Assembly: GCA_015680685.1 (NCBI GenBank)
Contig: MNCI01003135.1
Coordinates: forward strand, 1 to 64,000
DNA length: 64,000 nucleotides
Source: Gnetum montanum
Lineage: Eukaryota; Plantae; Gnetophyta
Direction: 5' to 3'
Under the pieces are notes generated by a model. The model saw only the letters and a list, made by a program, of their open reading frames with translations, was not told the DNA's origin and did no database searches. Both the position numbers and the translations under genes were made by a program. Shown here piece after piece: positions 25,520 to 39,420 of this stretch. Position 1 is the first letter of the stretch. Each line of letters begins with the position of its first letter.

Positions 25520-26600
25520 TATTCTTTAAGCAAGTGTTCCATAAGTTGTAACTTATCCTTAATCCTTGAGATGAACCTATGAATAAACTACAAGCTACCT
25601 TGTAGTCCCTAAAGCTTCCTTAAGGTTAGTCAGTGTTGCCAAGTTGGTTATGGCCTTAACCTTATCAAGATTGAAATGTGTTCTTGATTTAGATACTACA
25701 AGGCCAATCATCTTACTAATTTTAATATCAAAGACATATTTCTTAGGATTGATTCTAACTTCATTTTAACTCATTGTTTAAGAACTAATTCAAAGTGATG
25801 TGCATGATCACTGACCTTTTTGGACTTAACTGCTATGTCATCAACACAATCATTAAGCAACCCTAGCATGTAATCACTAAAGATGTACATCATAGCCTAC
25901 TGATAAGTTGCACCTACATTCTTTAGATCAAATGACATCATGGTGTAACAGAAGGTTTCCTAAGGGGTTATGAAGGTTGTATACAACTAATGCTCTAGGT
26001 TGATCCTAGCTTGGTTGTATCTTGAGAAGCCATCCATAAAGGATAATAAGGCATATCTAGGAGTAGTATTGATGAGTTGGTTAATACTAGGCAAAGAAAA
26101 ATTGTCCTTAATGGTCACCTTATTTAGGTCTCAAAAATCAATACAAATGCATATAGTCCCATTTTTCTTAGGGACTACCACTATGTCAGATACCCATTCC
26201 ACATAATCGATGGCTCAAATGAAACAAGCCTGATCTAGTTTTATGATTTCACCATGGCCCACCAAGGCTAAGATTGGTCTAATTATAAACTTTTTTCTTA
26301 ACTAGTTTGATACTAGGATTGAGTACAGTGTTATGTTGCACTAAGCATGGATCAAGACTTGGAATATTTTCATATGAATAGGCAAAGACCTTAATAATGT
26401 TTTAGAGGAACTTGGTGATGCCTTGAGCCTATTGACGTTCTAGTGAGGAACATAGTTTCAGTGTTTTCTCCTCAGCACTCTATGTCGTGATAGAAACTTC
26501 AACTAGAGAGTCTTTGGTAATGTCACTAACCTCAACATCAAGTGTTTTGACTAGGTTTTCTAGCCATTCCAAATGTTTCTCTATTAAGGCTATGTGACCG
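25520..26600 (-). pseudogene. Reverse transcriptase remnant of element B
   Basis: EWVSDIVVVPKK, SFMDGFSRYNQARINLEH, CVDDIAVKS, GLQGSL*FIHRFISR. Confidence 0.9.
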
Positions 26601-29600
26601 ACAAGACTTTCTAGCTCAAGATCTAGGTAATTAAGGTTAATAAATTGTTCAACATCACAATGAGGTCCAAATAGGTTTAATGGTAAACTAATTTGCTTCT
26701 AGGTATCCATACTCCAATCTTCCATATCAAGCATAAGCACACTAAGTGGCACATGGGTAATAAAATGAGTAAATAAGATGAAAATAATGTAAAATACTTC
26801 ATTAATAGTATATGAATAAGCAAAAATAGACAATGTTTAAATGAGGCTACTAAGGTTACAAGAGATAGATGAAACAAGTGGGATAAAGTAAAGGTCAAAT
26901 AATGTGAAATGAAGGCCAAATTATGGGAGCATTTTGTGTAATAGGGCCAAGTGATGCCCCAGTGACCAAAAAAGAAGCCAAATGACATCATAGGATGAAA
27001 CAATNCGTGACCAAAAAAGAAGCCAAATGACATCATAGGATGAAACAATGAACATTAATAGTGCATAAAAAGGTTAAATCAAGCCAAAATATAGTAAAAC
27101 AAAGAAAAAATAATGAAGGTAAAAAACAAATTATAAAATATGATCAATATTGGTCAATTAGGAATACATTTTTCCAATTTTAAACCTTAGTGGGCCATAG
27201 TAGAGGTCTACATGGCTAATAGGTGATTTTGGGGAGTTGGTGTGATCATTTCAAGGCTATTTGAGGTTTAAAATGACACGTTTTTTTGTGTCTATGGTAT
27301 CTCTAGCTAGGAGTATGTTGGCTAGTGTAATTCAGATAGGCCCCAATGTAGTTGGTGTTAGTAGATGGTTTTCCCAAGTTTCTGATGGTCAATTTTGGAA
27401 TCCCAATGGTTTGTATGGCTAGCACAATGGACTAGGGTTGATGTTTGATGAACTTTGGTGTTATTTTGACTTTCTAGAAGCTACAAATGATTTAGCTACT
27501 AGTGACTATGCTCACTAGAATAAATGCATAGGAAAATTGGTTCTGTATGATCTCAGAGTTGAAATTGATGTTCCATTAGCTTCCTAGGATAATGTATGAT
27601 ATTTAAGAGACTGAATGAATCATTTGGAATTCAAAATAGGCTACTAAATGTGGAATTTTGGAATCAACATGTCATGACTATGCTAGCAAACATAATTGAG
27701 GGTTACTTCAATGTAGTGGATAAAACTTGGACTTTTCATGGTTAAACAAGGCCAAACTATAGCTAGCTTCAGGATTGCAGGGTTTTAGAATTTTCAAATC
27801 ATGTTTTAACCATTTTGATTATTTTCATATTAGTTTAACCATTTTGGAGTAGAGACTATGCTGGCTAGCATAGTATTCACCAATCTCAACATAGTATGAT
27901 GTAAATTCTAGCCTTTGATGAGTTTTTTGTGGTAAATAGACAAGGTTCTTCGGTTCAATTCTAGAGGTTGTTTGATTACTGAGATGATCATTTCCCACTT
28001 GGACTACACTAGCCAACATAGTTGAGCCTAACCTCAGTGTAGATGAAGGAAACCTATCATTTCCAATGTCAAAATGAGGTGAAATTGTAGTTAGACAAGG
28101 CCAAACAAGGTTTTGGATCTTGAAGTTAGGTTTTGAACTATTTGAAGTGTTGTATCACTAGTCAAACTAACCTAGAATTATGATTATGTTAGGACTAGAA
28201 ACTGTAGTGATGGAAAAATTTGATGGTGAAGGGATAAAGATCCCTATTAAAATAGTTTAACTTATAGATCCATAAGTCTTAGAACGGATCTATTAGTGCC
28301 TCAAATGGTTTAGTAGATTACTTAAGATCTTGAACATATTTTACGAGGTATTAAAGAAATGTAAATGGAATGTAAATAAGTCAGAAAATATTCATTAAAT
28401 AAAACCAAAATTGAAACATAATTGCAAGAAATATGGAAGAGAAATTTGACACAACACTAACAAAATTTTGTAATTATATGTTCTAAAATATTATAATAAA
28501 TGGATTCCAAAAATATAGATTTGAGCTGTTACATACTATGATTACAACAAAATATTTGGATTCTAATGTAGGAGGTAGGATTTGCTCTGCTATCTCTTCT
28601 CATGAATCTAATGTCACTTGGTCTAGCTGCAAACTAGTTCTTGGCATCTTCGGTGCTTTACATTATGGAATAATGGTGATCCTCATTGTGGACTCTTGGA
28701 TGTCTACACCACTTGAAGGTCTTAGGTTTTATGAGTATGCAAAAATTCCAAGTTCCTATGATGAAGTGGATCATTGCTTGAATAGGAATTGGGTTCTCTA
28801 TCTAGTTGTTAGTTAATTCTATCATGATTTTCTAATAGAATTCTAGCACCTTCCATTGTTCCTAGGACACTTTTGCATGTAGCATCAACATCAGTATCAT
28901 AAAGTCATAATGCTAGCATCATGTCAATGTCATAATGTCATGACACCAACATTTTGTTGCTACAATAAAGTCATGATGCTAGCATAGTGTAGGTACCATA
29001 GCATTAGTACGATAAATTCATGATGCTAGCATAAGGCTATGACACTAGAGTAGCAATGGTAGCATAAGGTTATGATACTAGAGTAGCATCAGTAGCATAA
29101 GGCTATGATGCTAGAATAGCATCGATACCATAAGGTTATGACACCAGCATCTTTGGGGAAATAAGGCAATTATATTTGCCTTTATTTTTCCACAAAAATA
29201 AAAATAATTTTGGTCATGGATTACAATATGAATTTCTTTGGGATGTTTCAACTCACTCAAATTCACAAAATTGTTATTAATAATGGAAAGACTAACTAAT
29301 TTCAATAGCTTATTGATGGAATAATTGCAACTAGCTACACCATGCAACTACTCACATTATTAATTACTTTAGTTTCTATGTTCTTTTTGGCTATGACTAG
29401 ATGTCTCTCACATCTTCTCATAGTGTAAAATATCATAAGTTGCACTAGTAAAATTCTTAGTGCGGTCTACATCTGATTGTAGACTATTGTATCTCATAAT
29501 AGGTGCTAGTAGTGAAAGTTATCAAAAATGTCATATTGTGATGTTATATGAGTCATAGAGCATTCTAGTAATGTATTTTAAGCATAAGATAGTTGGATGT

Positions 29601-30709
29601 ATGGTGTTGCAACTCACAAAATCTTGTAATTACTACTTTAATTCTAAATTCAAATTTACTTCTTCATCTAGATCCTTAAGAGTTACCTTGAAACACATCC
29701 AAAGGTTCTTATTATTTAGAACATATTTTTTATAAGCTCCCATGATAGTAACATAATTGTGTAGTCTTAAAAATACAACTTGGACAAAGATCTTAGAATA
29801 GTTATGGCTTGCAGTTGTTAACTACAAGTTATTGTAGCCCACATTGCTAGGTAGCTACCTACAAAAATACAAAAATCTCATCAAAATTTAATAAAACTAA
29901 GAAATAGTTCATATCCTAATAATAATTTCTATTATGAAGGACTTTCATATCCTATATTTACATTAGATCATTTAACTATGAAGTAAAATTTCACTTATGA
30001 GGCAAGTATCCAAAAATTTAAATGAACATATATCATGATGTAAGATCATAACTAGTCACTCATATACATGATTAGAAAGAAAAAAAATTACCTATTTTAC
30101 CTACACTAGAACCATTAGAAAAAGCTATCATAAATTTTAGATTCCATGATATCATGTGATAATAGAGGATTGAATTCCTAGTATTATGATGCTATAAGGA
30201 GAGGAAAAACCATAATTGTAAATGGGGAAGGTGGGTCCATCCTCTAGATTGAAGAGATGAGTTAATTACTATAGTCAAGGATGAGGTAATAGCATCTTAT
30301 AGCCTAAGGAAGAATAACAAAAAATCCTTAGTAGGAAAATTCTAGTTTATTTGAATAGATTATTATTAATAAACCTTTAGTTAATGACTATCTTATAGAG
30401 TATTTTCCTCATTTGACTTAGATAGCAAGATAATTGACTCATTCACTTGGTTCATTAGCTTAGAAGACTCAACTGTAAGATCCCTAGTTAGGTAACTATA
30501 AGGCTTGGTTATAGTTGGACTATGTCCTCTCCTTGAGGTATCATTTCTATCAACTTCATTTTTATTTTCATCGAAACACTCTATAATATAACTTAACTTC
30601 CCATAAAAATAACATGAAATAAAAGAAGCATCATTTTTCTTAGTAATAACCTACATCTTTATTTGTTACATCTATGTTCTAGAATGAGAGCAAACCTATC
30701 AACCAAAAG

Positions 30710-31260
30710 TGAAAATTCTATCTTTATGAACAATATTCTTACAAGCTCTACATTTGATATGAATATTTTCATATTTCTCTTTTAGGATGAAGAAGCTCCA
30801 TTTACTTTTAAACTTAATCTAGTTAACCTTATATGCCATTTACAAAGGTTTCTAGATACAAAATCTTATGAGAAGCATTCTATACATGGTAGCTATAATA
30901 TTGTTGGGTTTAATTAATTACCAAAAGCCTCAAGTTACTTGTTGTAGCAAGTTATTCTACTGTAACTCCTTATGATAGTTCTTGAAGAAAGCCTAGTTAG
31001 GGATTCTCTAAAACAAATTAGCATATGATTACATTCCTAGATGCCACCTCGCAAGAGCAAGACCATAAGTGCCAAAGTACAAAGAGTCCTTAAGAATAAT
31101 GTTGTCCCTTATCTTAGTAGTAGCAAAGTTGAAAAGAAGAAATATTACTTATAACATACTAATCTATGCCATAGAATCCTTTCATTCATGTTTAATACAT
31201 TCATAGATCTAGTCAAACATTGGTTTTATACCCAAGAAAAGAAACATTCCTAAAATCTTA
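30710..31260 (-). pseudogene. Second DUF4283 + zf-CCHC_4-like (L1 ORF1-like) remnant
   Basis: KILGMFLFLGIKP, FLLFNFATTKIRDNIILKDSLYFGTYGLALARWH, YENIHIKCRACKNIVHKD. Confidence 0.6.
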
Positions 31261-34200
31261 TGCTAAAAGTTTTTATTCTATTATTAACAAATATTATACT
31301 AAAAATTTACATAAATCATATTCACCCAAATTTCTATCTCCATATTGAGGAACTCATTCCCACTAGTCTAGTGTAGAGTAGTGGATCCTAGAGCCAAATA
31401 GTTCATCCAAGATAAAGTAACATACCTAAATCTTCACTCACCTTCTATTTATAGAAGCAATTATGCTTCATTTATAAATTATATTCATTAATTTTATTTA
31501 TTTTAACTTATGTGACCTAAATGTGCTTATTACAGTTAGATAATTCATATCCATAAAAATCTATTATAACATCACTTTTTGAAAAATTATGCTTTCATAA
31601 GGAAAATTCTGATATCCTGTTCCAAGATGTTAATCAGCTTAATTAGTCATCATGTAGATTCATTGTTTAACATAAATATAATCTATATTATACATTGGAA
31701 CATAAAAGTAATGACAAGAGAATCAAATGGAAAATAAAATAAGAAGTTATCTTCCTCTAATACCTAGAATCCTTAGAGGTAATCTAGCACTACCACCATA
31801 GTTAGGCACTAAGATTGAAAGGGTGATCAATCCCTTCTTGTCTTATGTTGCCTAACTCTTATCACTTGCCAATCTAGCTCTGCAACTCCTTGCTTAGTGC
31901 AACATCTTAGTCTCAAGCTTAAATCTCACAAATCAAACCCATTCCCAAGGGGTAATATGAATAGTTACAACTTCTTATAATCTGTCAACCCTTCTTTTGA
32001 AAGCTAGTTACATTTTTAATAATACAATTACACCATTAACAAGAGATGGGACATTATAATCTACTCACCTTAAGAATCTAGATCATCCTCAAGCTCATCA
32101 TCAATGTCTAGCTATTCTATAGTTACATCCTTGTTACTTTCCTTATTTTTAGCTTCATTATTATCATCATTTTCATATGTACATAACAAACTAGATATTA
32201 ATCTCATAATAATCTCTATTAATAAAAATACTAATTATATATTCATTATCATGATGAACAAAACGATAAGGGTAAGTGTTGAGGATGAACTTCTTATTCT
32301 CCCAATTTTTTTTATCATAGTTTCAAAATTGGATAAGTAATTTAATAATGATTTTATTATGTAGCTTCTTCATTCTCTGATCATTAGGTATAATGGGTTT
32401 AACCGCAACTCTCACATAAGATCTTAGGATTAAATTTTTTCATCTAAAATATAAGATACATAATTCTTATGGAACTTCTTTAATAGATTCACATGGAAGA
32501 GTAAGTGGAGCTTTACATTTTCTAGGAGATTTAGCTAGTATGCTATTTTGCCAATTTTTCCAAGTCCTTAAAAGAACCATAATATCAAGGTTTTAGCTTG
32601 GTATATCTTTCTACCCTTAGGAAACTTCTAGTGAATTTAACTCTTAATAATACCTAGTCTCCTATTTGAAATTTCTTTTTTAAGGTGATGTTGATCTGTA
32701 TACCTATTATTATTCTAGACTACTTGTAAGTTCTATTTTATCCATCCGAAAATGTTTTTCATGATTTTTATTTCTTCTTCCTTGCATTCTACTCTAAGGG
32801 ATGAGTCAACCTAGATTAATGATGTTTAGCAATTACATTTGTAAATGACTTCAAATGGAATTCTATGTATGGAATTTTAGTAATTATTATTATAGGAAAA
32901 CTTAACCAAGTGTAAGTAGTTTTTCCATGTCTTGGATCTTCTCTTGATATAACTTTGTAAATGTCTTCCAATATATTGTTCACTCATTTTGTTTGACCAT
33001 TAGTATCATGGTGATACATCATGTTGAACTTCAATTATATTCCAATTTTTTTCAAAATTAATGAGCACTGAGGTACCCCTATGCCCAACCATATGAATCA
33101 CGACCATTCACATGCAATCCAATAAAATTTAGTAGACGTTAAGTTCCCATGTACACTAGTTCTAGGATGTTAAATCTAATCATGATGATTGTTGTCTTCC
33201 TCACTACATGTGTGGAGCTTAGTTTTATTGTTAAGTGTAATTGAGATGATTTTTATTATTTTATATTTTATTAGTCTATGATTAAAAAGTTGAACCTTAA
33301 TTTATGAACCAATTTAAATAATCTTATGGGCAATTAATAACTAACTATCCTAACATAAGTATTTGATCCCACTTTCTATGCACATCCTAAACATGTATAA
33401 TGTTGCTGGGTTACAAAATGTTAGGTGTTGCTAGGATTACTAAGCATCATGTTCATGGTCAAAGTAGTTGTACTTATGTGCTTAATTAACTACTATTTAA
33501 TCTAGATAGTTCTCTTTAGCTTAATTACTTGGTAGTATTAAATGAAATTACACAAAACATTAAATGCATGAGAAAAATATTTAAGCTAGCCAAGGTGCTG
33601 CAAGGTTTGAATACAAACCTTGTCTTTATTGCCATACATACTATCATTCTTATGTACAATAGTGCTCAAATAAAGATCCATACACTCAATGATTCTTGCT
33701 ATGGGAACTTTTGAAAATATTCTAACTCTGGATAAAAGAAACTACAAGATATCTATATGCTATGACAACAACTTCTTGTAATTCCTATGCCCAAGCACTG
33801 TATTTATAGGTCAACACACATCCTGCAATATTAGATATCTAACATCATTTTTTTGGGCCTTGATATTGGGTATTTGATATCAAATCTAGGAAAAACATAG
33901 TTCATCATACCCTCATGACTGAATAAAAATGTATCCTTGAGTGAACAAGAGGAGGAGCAAGTTTCTTACAAAATATTAGAAAGGTATGGGATTATTGACT
34001 AACTTGCAAACTAACTCAGATGGAATAGACAAACTCTAAGTGTCCAAGTGTATAGATTTATAATCTTTTACAAAATTGGATATTCATGACAATATAAATG
34101 AACACCCTAAACAAAACTAACATCCAACTCCTTTAGGAGCTAAAGGACAAGGAAGAAGATTCAATGATCATGAAGGGTCCTTGTCATATGGTGTTATGGA

Positions 34201-36049
34201 TTCTTCTTTGGTGAAGATAGTCTTATTTCTAGTCCATGCTTCCCACTACAGTCATAAGAAAATCATGGATTAGTGTGAAAGGTCTAACATATAGCTTTTA
34301 GATATGCTATCTCATGGTAGTTCCACTTGGCTAGGTTGTCATTATGGTGGATTAATTTCTTTAGTAGTGTTATCAAGAAGAATGAAAAATAGGGTGAAAT
34401 GGATAAGCAGTACATTATTAAATTTTGAAAAGTCCAAACACAAGGAAATGCTTGAAAATATTTTAAAAAATTTAAAATAATAAAAAGAGGATTTCACCAA
34501 AAAATATTGTGAAGATATACACAATTGGATGCCATTGATGGGGCACATAAAAGGACTTGATTGTAAGAATGTCTAAGGATAAAGAACTTAACTAATTCAA
34601 CCAAAAGTAATGCAAGGGGATCCTCCCCAAAGCAACCACATGGGATTTATTACCTTTGCATAACCTTAACCCAAGGAGTCCATAGGCTCCATAGATGATT
34701 AAGGATTACAAAATGTTAAGTATGAAAAAATGAAAGAAACTACCTAAGAATTTTAACAAATTAAATTAAGAAATCTAATAAGAACATGAAATTAACAGTG
34801 AAGGTGAGTCATGGAAAGCATAGATGGATGATAGAAAAAGTGGAATGGAGCTCTTGATTAAGGTCACATGAAGTCCCTTGTCAATTTTGTGGTTAAATGA
34901 CTTGAAAAAATTTCATCCTTAGTCCAAACCGAAACCAACCATGTTTAGTGTCTTCACATCACATCTCCAAGACCAATCCACCCCCTTAAGACACAAGAGT
35001 GATCCCACAGAACAACCAACATTCCTTATTTAAAAAGAAAAGAGAAGTCGAAAGTGAGAGAGGGCCTTAGTTAGAGGGGATCTTTAGGAATGGGTAACAT
35101 ATCTTTGTAGTCCCATAAACAATTCTTGTAGAATATTCATTTTGTCTAAGAAGTGTGCTTTGAATTCCCATCATTTGTTTTTTTTTTTCCTTTTTTTTCA
35201 ATTTTTTGAATAGGAACCACACCATGCAAAGACTTATTCAACTTCTTATTATTGGTTAACATGAAATGGTAAAAAATCTATGAAAACACACATGCACCTA
35301 AGTAAGTAGAAAGGTAGAAAGATTACCAAGTTCCATTGAAGTCACATCGTGTTCAAACCTTTGAATCTTTTCCAAGTCTAAAAACTACCAAGGTCACAAG
35401 CTCATTAACTTTTTATTAATGGAAAAGGAACCTCATACTTTGCGAACAAGGAAAACCATAGAGTTTTTGAATGGATGGATGTTATGACTCACTACCTATT
35501 TCATAAAAAAGAAACCATGTCCAAGTTATTAGTAACAAGATTCTAAGCTAGAATCTGGACACCAACAATTAAATAACTAGATAGCACATGCCCACATCAA
35601 ACAAACAACATTGTAACCATTTGGAAATAAGACATATTATTATTAAAAAAAAATAAGGAAATGACACCAAAATAAAGAAAAATATACAAGAAACTATAAA
35701 ACATTTAAGAAAAGTAAAACGTACTAACAATGTTGTAAACCAAAAATTAGAAAAAATTAATAATGTAAAAAAAACATCTAAGATAAAGAAAGTGTAAAAC
35801 AAAAAGTTGTAAAAATAACAAGGTATAAAACAAAAAGATGAAAAACTAAGGAGCCACTTATATATTTAGCATGGGTGGCCATCTCCCCCATGACTAACTT
35901 AAAGGGAGGAGATCTAAAAGGTTGAGTGTGGTTGTTCATCTGATGAGGTATTTGTGGCATTGGCTTACTTTAGATCCTGGAAAGGTTTGACTTGTTGTTT
36001 GTTGACCAGTTGCTTTATGTTTGGGCTCTTAGGTTTGTAGATCAACATG

Positions 36050-39000
36050 GCCCTAGAAGGGAAATTTTTGTAAAGGTTTGTTGAGGGACATGTGTGGGGT
36101 TCCGTTATAGGACCTTATCTTCTGGTTGAAATTTGACTTTCCTAATTCTAAATTCATGATACATTTTTTTAAATGCCTTATGTCTCTCTTTAGCTGATAG
36201 GACCACTAATCAATTTTTTTCTAGTAGATTAAGATTTATTAATTATTCATTTTGTGCTAGACTTAAGTCAAGGTCAAGGTCACAAGCTATTTACAGTATA
36301 TAGAGATTAGATTGAATAGGTAAAGCTAGTAATTTTTCTTACACTAGGGAGTTTTCGCATTGAGTGGTACATCAAGAGGGCATTGTTGAGTTTTTTACTC
36401 CAGTATCTCCTATATTTGCTAATAGTTCACATTAGGATCTTTGTGAGTTTCCTATTTGTAATCTTAGCTTGGTTGTTGGCTTGGAGGTGTTACGGTATTT
36501 TTAGTTTATGTTCAACCCCCAAGTGTTCCATAAGCTTTGAAAAGGTAGTGCCTATAATGTGGGATCCATTATCAAAAATTAATGCACATGGCACACTAAA
36601 CCTATTTATAACATTTTTTTGTACAAACCAAGTAACAGTAAAAGATGTATAGTTAGTGATGGCTATTGCTTCTATTAATTTTATATAATAGCCAATAGTA
36701 ACTATGATGTAGGCCTTTCCATTTGACATGGGCATGATGGAATCCATGAACTTAATTTCCTAGATGTCAAAGGATTATAATGGTTGAATCCAATACTAAG
36801 GTTCCTCCATTTAAGTAGTCATTCCACCATCTTGTTGGTAGCATTCATAAGAGTGGAAAAATTATTGAGCATCCCTAAAAATGGTTGGTTAATAATACCC
36901 TATCATTAGGATTTTAAAGGCAATACATCTCCTAGCATAGAAGCCCCCATAAGGACCCTCATGAGCATTTTAAAGAATACACAATTCAACAACATTAAGG
37001 ACATACCAATGAACTAGACCATCAATGCACACCTTGTAGAGCCATCCATTGATCTACATGAAGCATTTCACCTTGTGAAAAAACTATTGTTTCTTTTAGT
37101 GGTCTAATGCTTGTGGCATCTTTTGGGTGAGAAGATAGGTGAGAATGACATTGTGCCATTTAAGCTCAGTGGGCAATTGTTTAGTTACAGCCCCAGAAAA
37201 GAGGATTTCATTAGGAAATAGGTCATATAGTGTACATTCCTCCTTTTGGTTTTCCCATCATAATTAGACAAGTGGTCAATGACTACATTCTCAGTTCCCT
37301 TTCAATCTACCATTGTAAGAACAAATTCTTGTAAACTGACCAACCACCATATGACATGGGGTCTCACCATTGTCTTATTCATCAAGAAGTGAATCATGTT
37401 GTGATCAGTGTGCACAAATACTTTCTATCTAATCACATAATGGCTAAACTTATCTAGAGCAAACACCACTACTATCAGTTCTTTTTCTATGGTGGTGTAG
37501 TTCAGTTGTGCAACCACAATGCTTTGACTTGCATAGTGGATGTAATATGGATGTTTCTTAACATAAAACTATGTAATCATAGCCTCCAAGGCATAATTTG
37601 ATGCATCTATCATAATGTTAGATGTTTTGGACTAGTTAGGATTCTATAGAATTGAATTTTTTATAAGTTTATCCTTCACCTTTTGGAATGCATTTTCACA
37701 TTCCTTGGTCTATAAAAATGAAGCATATTTCTTTGTTAACTTGACCAATGGTTTTGTAGTCTTACAGAAATTCTCTATGAATCGTCGATAATAGCTAGTG
37801 TGTCCAAGGAATGATCAAACATCTTTTGAAATTTCTAATTGGTGGGTAATTCCTTGGATGATACTTATTATTAGTAAGGTTTACCTTAGTTCCTACTTGT
37901 AAGATTCTATGGTCTAATACAATGCCTTCTTGGATCATGAGATAGAACTTTTGCCAAGTAAGCCACAAGTTTATTTTGACACATCCTTTTAGTACTTACT
38001 CAAGGTAGTCCAAGGCTTTCTTGAATGTAGCACTATAAGTGGAGAAGTCATCCATAAAGAATTTCACTCTACTACCAATTTGCTATTGAAATATGCTTAA
38101 GACTATGTTTTGGAAAGTGGCAGCAACATTGCATAGACCAAAAGGCGTTTTGCGATATTCATAGATCCCCTAGTGACTCATGAATGTTGTTTTGGCCTAG
38201 TGCTCTAGTGTAATCTAGGTTTGGTTATAGCCACTATAATGATCCAAAAAACTCTAATAGCAATGCCTAGATATGGTGTTCAACATTTGATTAACAAATG
38301 AAAATTGAAAATGATCCTTGAATATTGCCATATTCAATAGTTAAAAATTGATGCAAACCTACCACTTACGACCTTTCTTTGGCACAATCATAACTAGAGT
38401 AAGCCATCAACTATCTGCAATGGGAATGATAAATGCTATCTTGAGTAGTTTGATTTTCTCCTTGATTATCTACTTCAATTTGTTACTCAATTACCTTTGT
38501 GGTTACCTTTTTGGCTTCATGGCTAGGTCAATATAAATACGATGCTAGCATATCCTAAGATCAATCCCTATAAATTTAGGATATGACCAAGCAAAGGCTT
38601 TTGACCATTTATCAACCAGATTCAATAGCATATGTTTTCTTTCTAGAGAAATATTTGCATTAATTATTACTAGCTTCACATTCTTCAAGAATGCATATTT
38701 CATGCTGGGAGGTAGAGTTTTTAACACAAAGGGCTCTTGTTTAAAGTTTTTAGGAATTTCCAACTCTCCCAAATAGGTATCATCATTTTCATTATCAAAG
38801 AGTTGGTGATGAACTTGCTCTAATTCATCCATGTGTGCAACATAAGTGCATGTAGGGCTCTCAATAGGTTCCATGCATATTGTTCTACTTTCAAGATCAA
38901 TAGTGAACCACTAGGTGTTCTCTTTATTTGTGGCTATTGCATACAAACACCTTTGAATATCTACTTCAAGTGCACACTAACTAAATGTGAAATAGATGCT

Positions 39001-39420
39001 CATTTCAAGGACCATATTTTCTACACATAATTTCACCATCTATCATTGTATGGAATGCATTGAACTTGCTTCTTATTTATCTTTCTAAATGCATTTTCTT
39101 TAGATATCTCTAGGGAAATATCTTTGATGTTCATTCTTGCATCAATAGTGCTTAGCCATGCCCTTCTCATATAGATTGGAAAGTCCCCTTTACAATTGGT
39201 AACATTGATTATTAGGAAATTGTTAGGATAAGACCACCCATAGACAATGGTCACAAGTCTTCTACTAGTCTCAATGGAATAGTAATGGACTAGTCTATCA
39301 ATTCTAACCAGATATTGCTCTTCTTGAGGGATAGTAGGTTTCAGCCAGTATATATCTCATGAGAAATCAAGTTCACACCAAAACCTAAATCAAGAAGAGC
39401 TTTACATGATTCATTCGCAA
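36050..39420 (-). pseudogene. pol: pol of the Athila-like element (PR about 39100-39420, RT about 37700-38600, RNase H about 37250-37650, INT about 36050-37050)
   Basis: ALLDLGFGVNLIS, FLDHYSGYNQ, TPFGLCNVAATFQ, FMDDFSTY, DASNYALEA, NYTTIEKEL, YIKLIEAIA, RFSVPCALIFDNGSH. Confidence 0.9.

Larger units (their letters stand above)
22554..29250 (-). mobile_element. Tat-clade gypsy element B, internally deleted (LTRs 22554-23456 and 28203-29250)
   Basis: Paired TG...CA LTRs. Flanks ACTTG and ACTCA are both derivable from a TSD ACTCG by CpG deamination. Its RT is homologous to 1-600. No gag or protease recognisable. Confidence 0.85.

Noticed and set aside
26961-27049. Perfect 43-44 bp direct duplication
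   Set aside because: The copies flank an N at 27005 and are identical in otherwise old DNA, so this is most likely a contig-overlap assembly artifact.
28880-29150. Repeat-spacer-like array resembling CRISPR
   Set aside because: It has degenerate short units without unique spacers, lies inside a plant LTR, and has no cas genes nearby.
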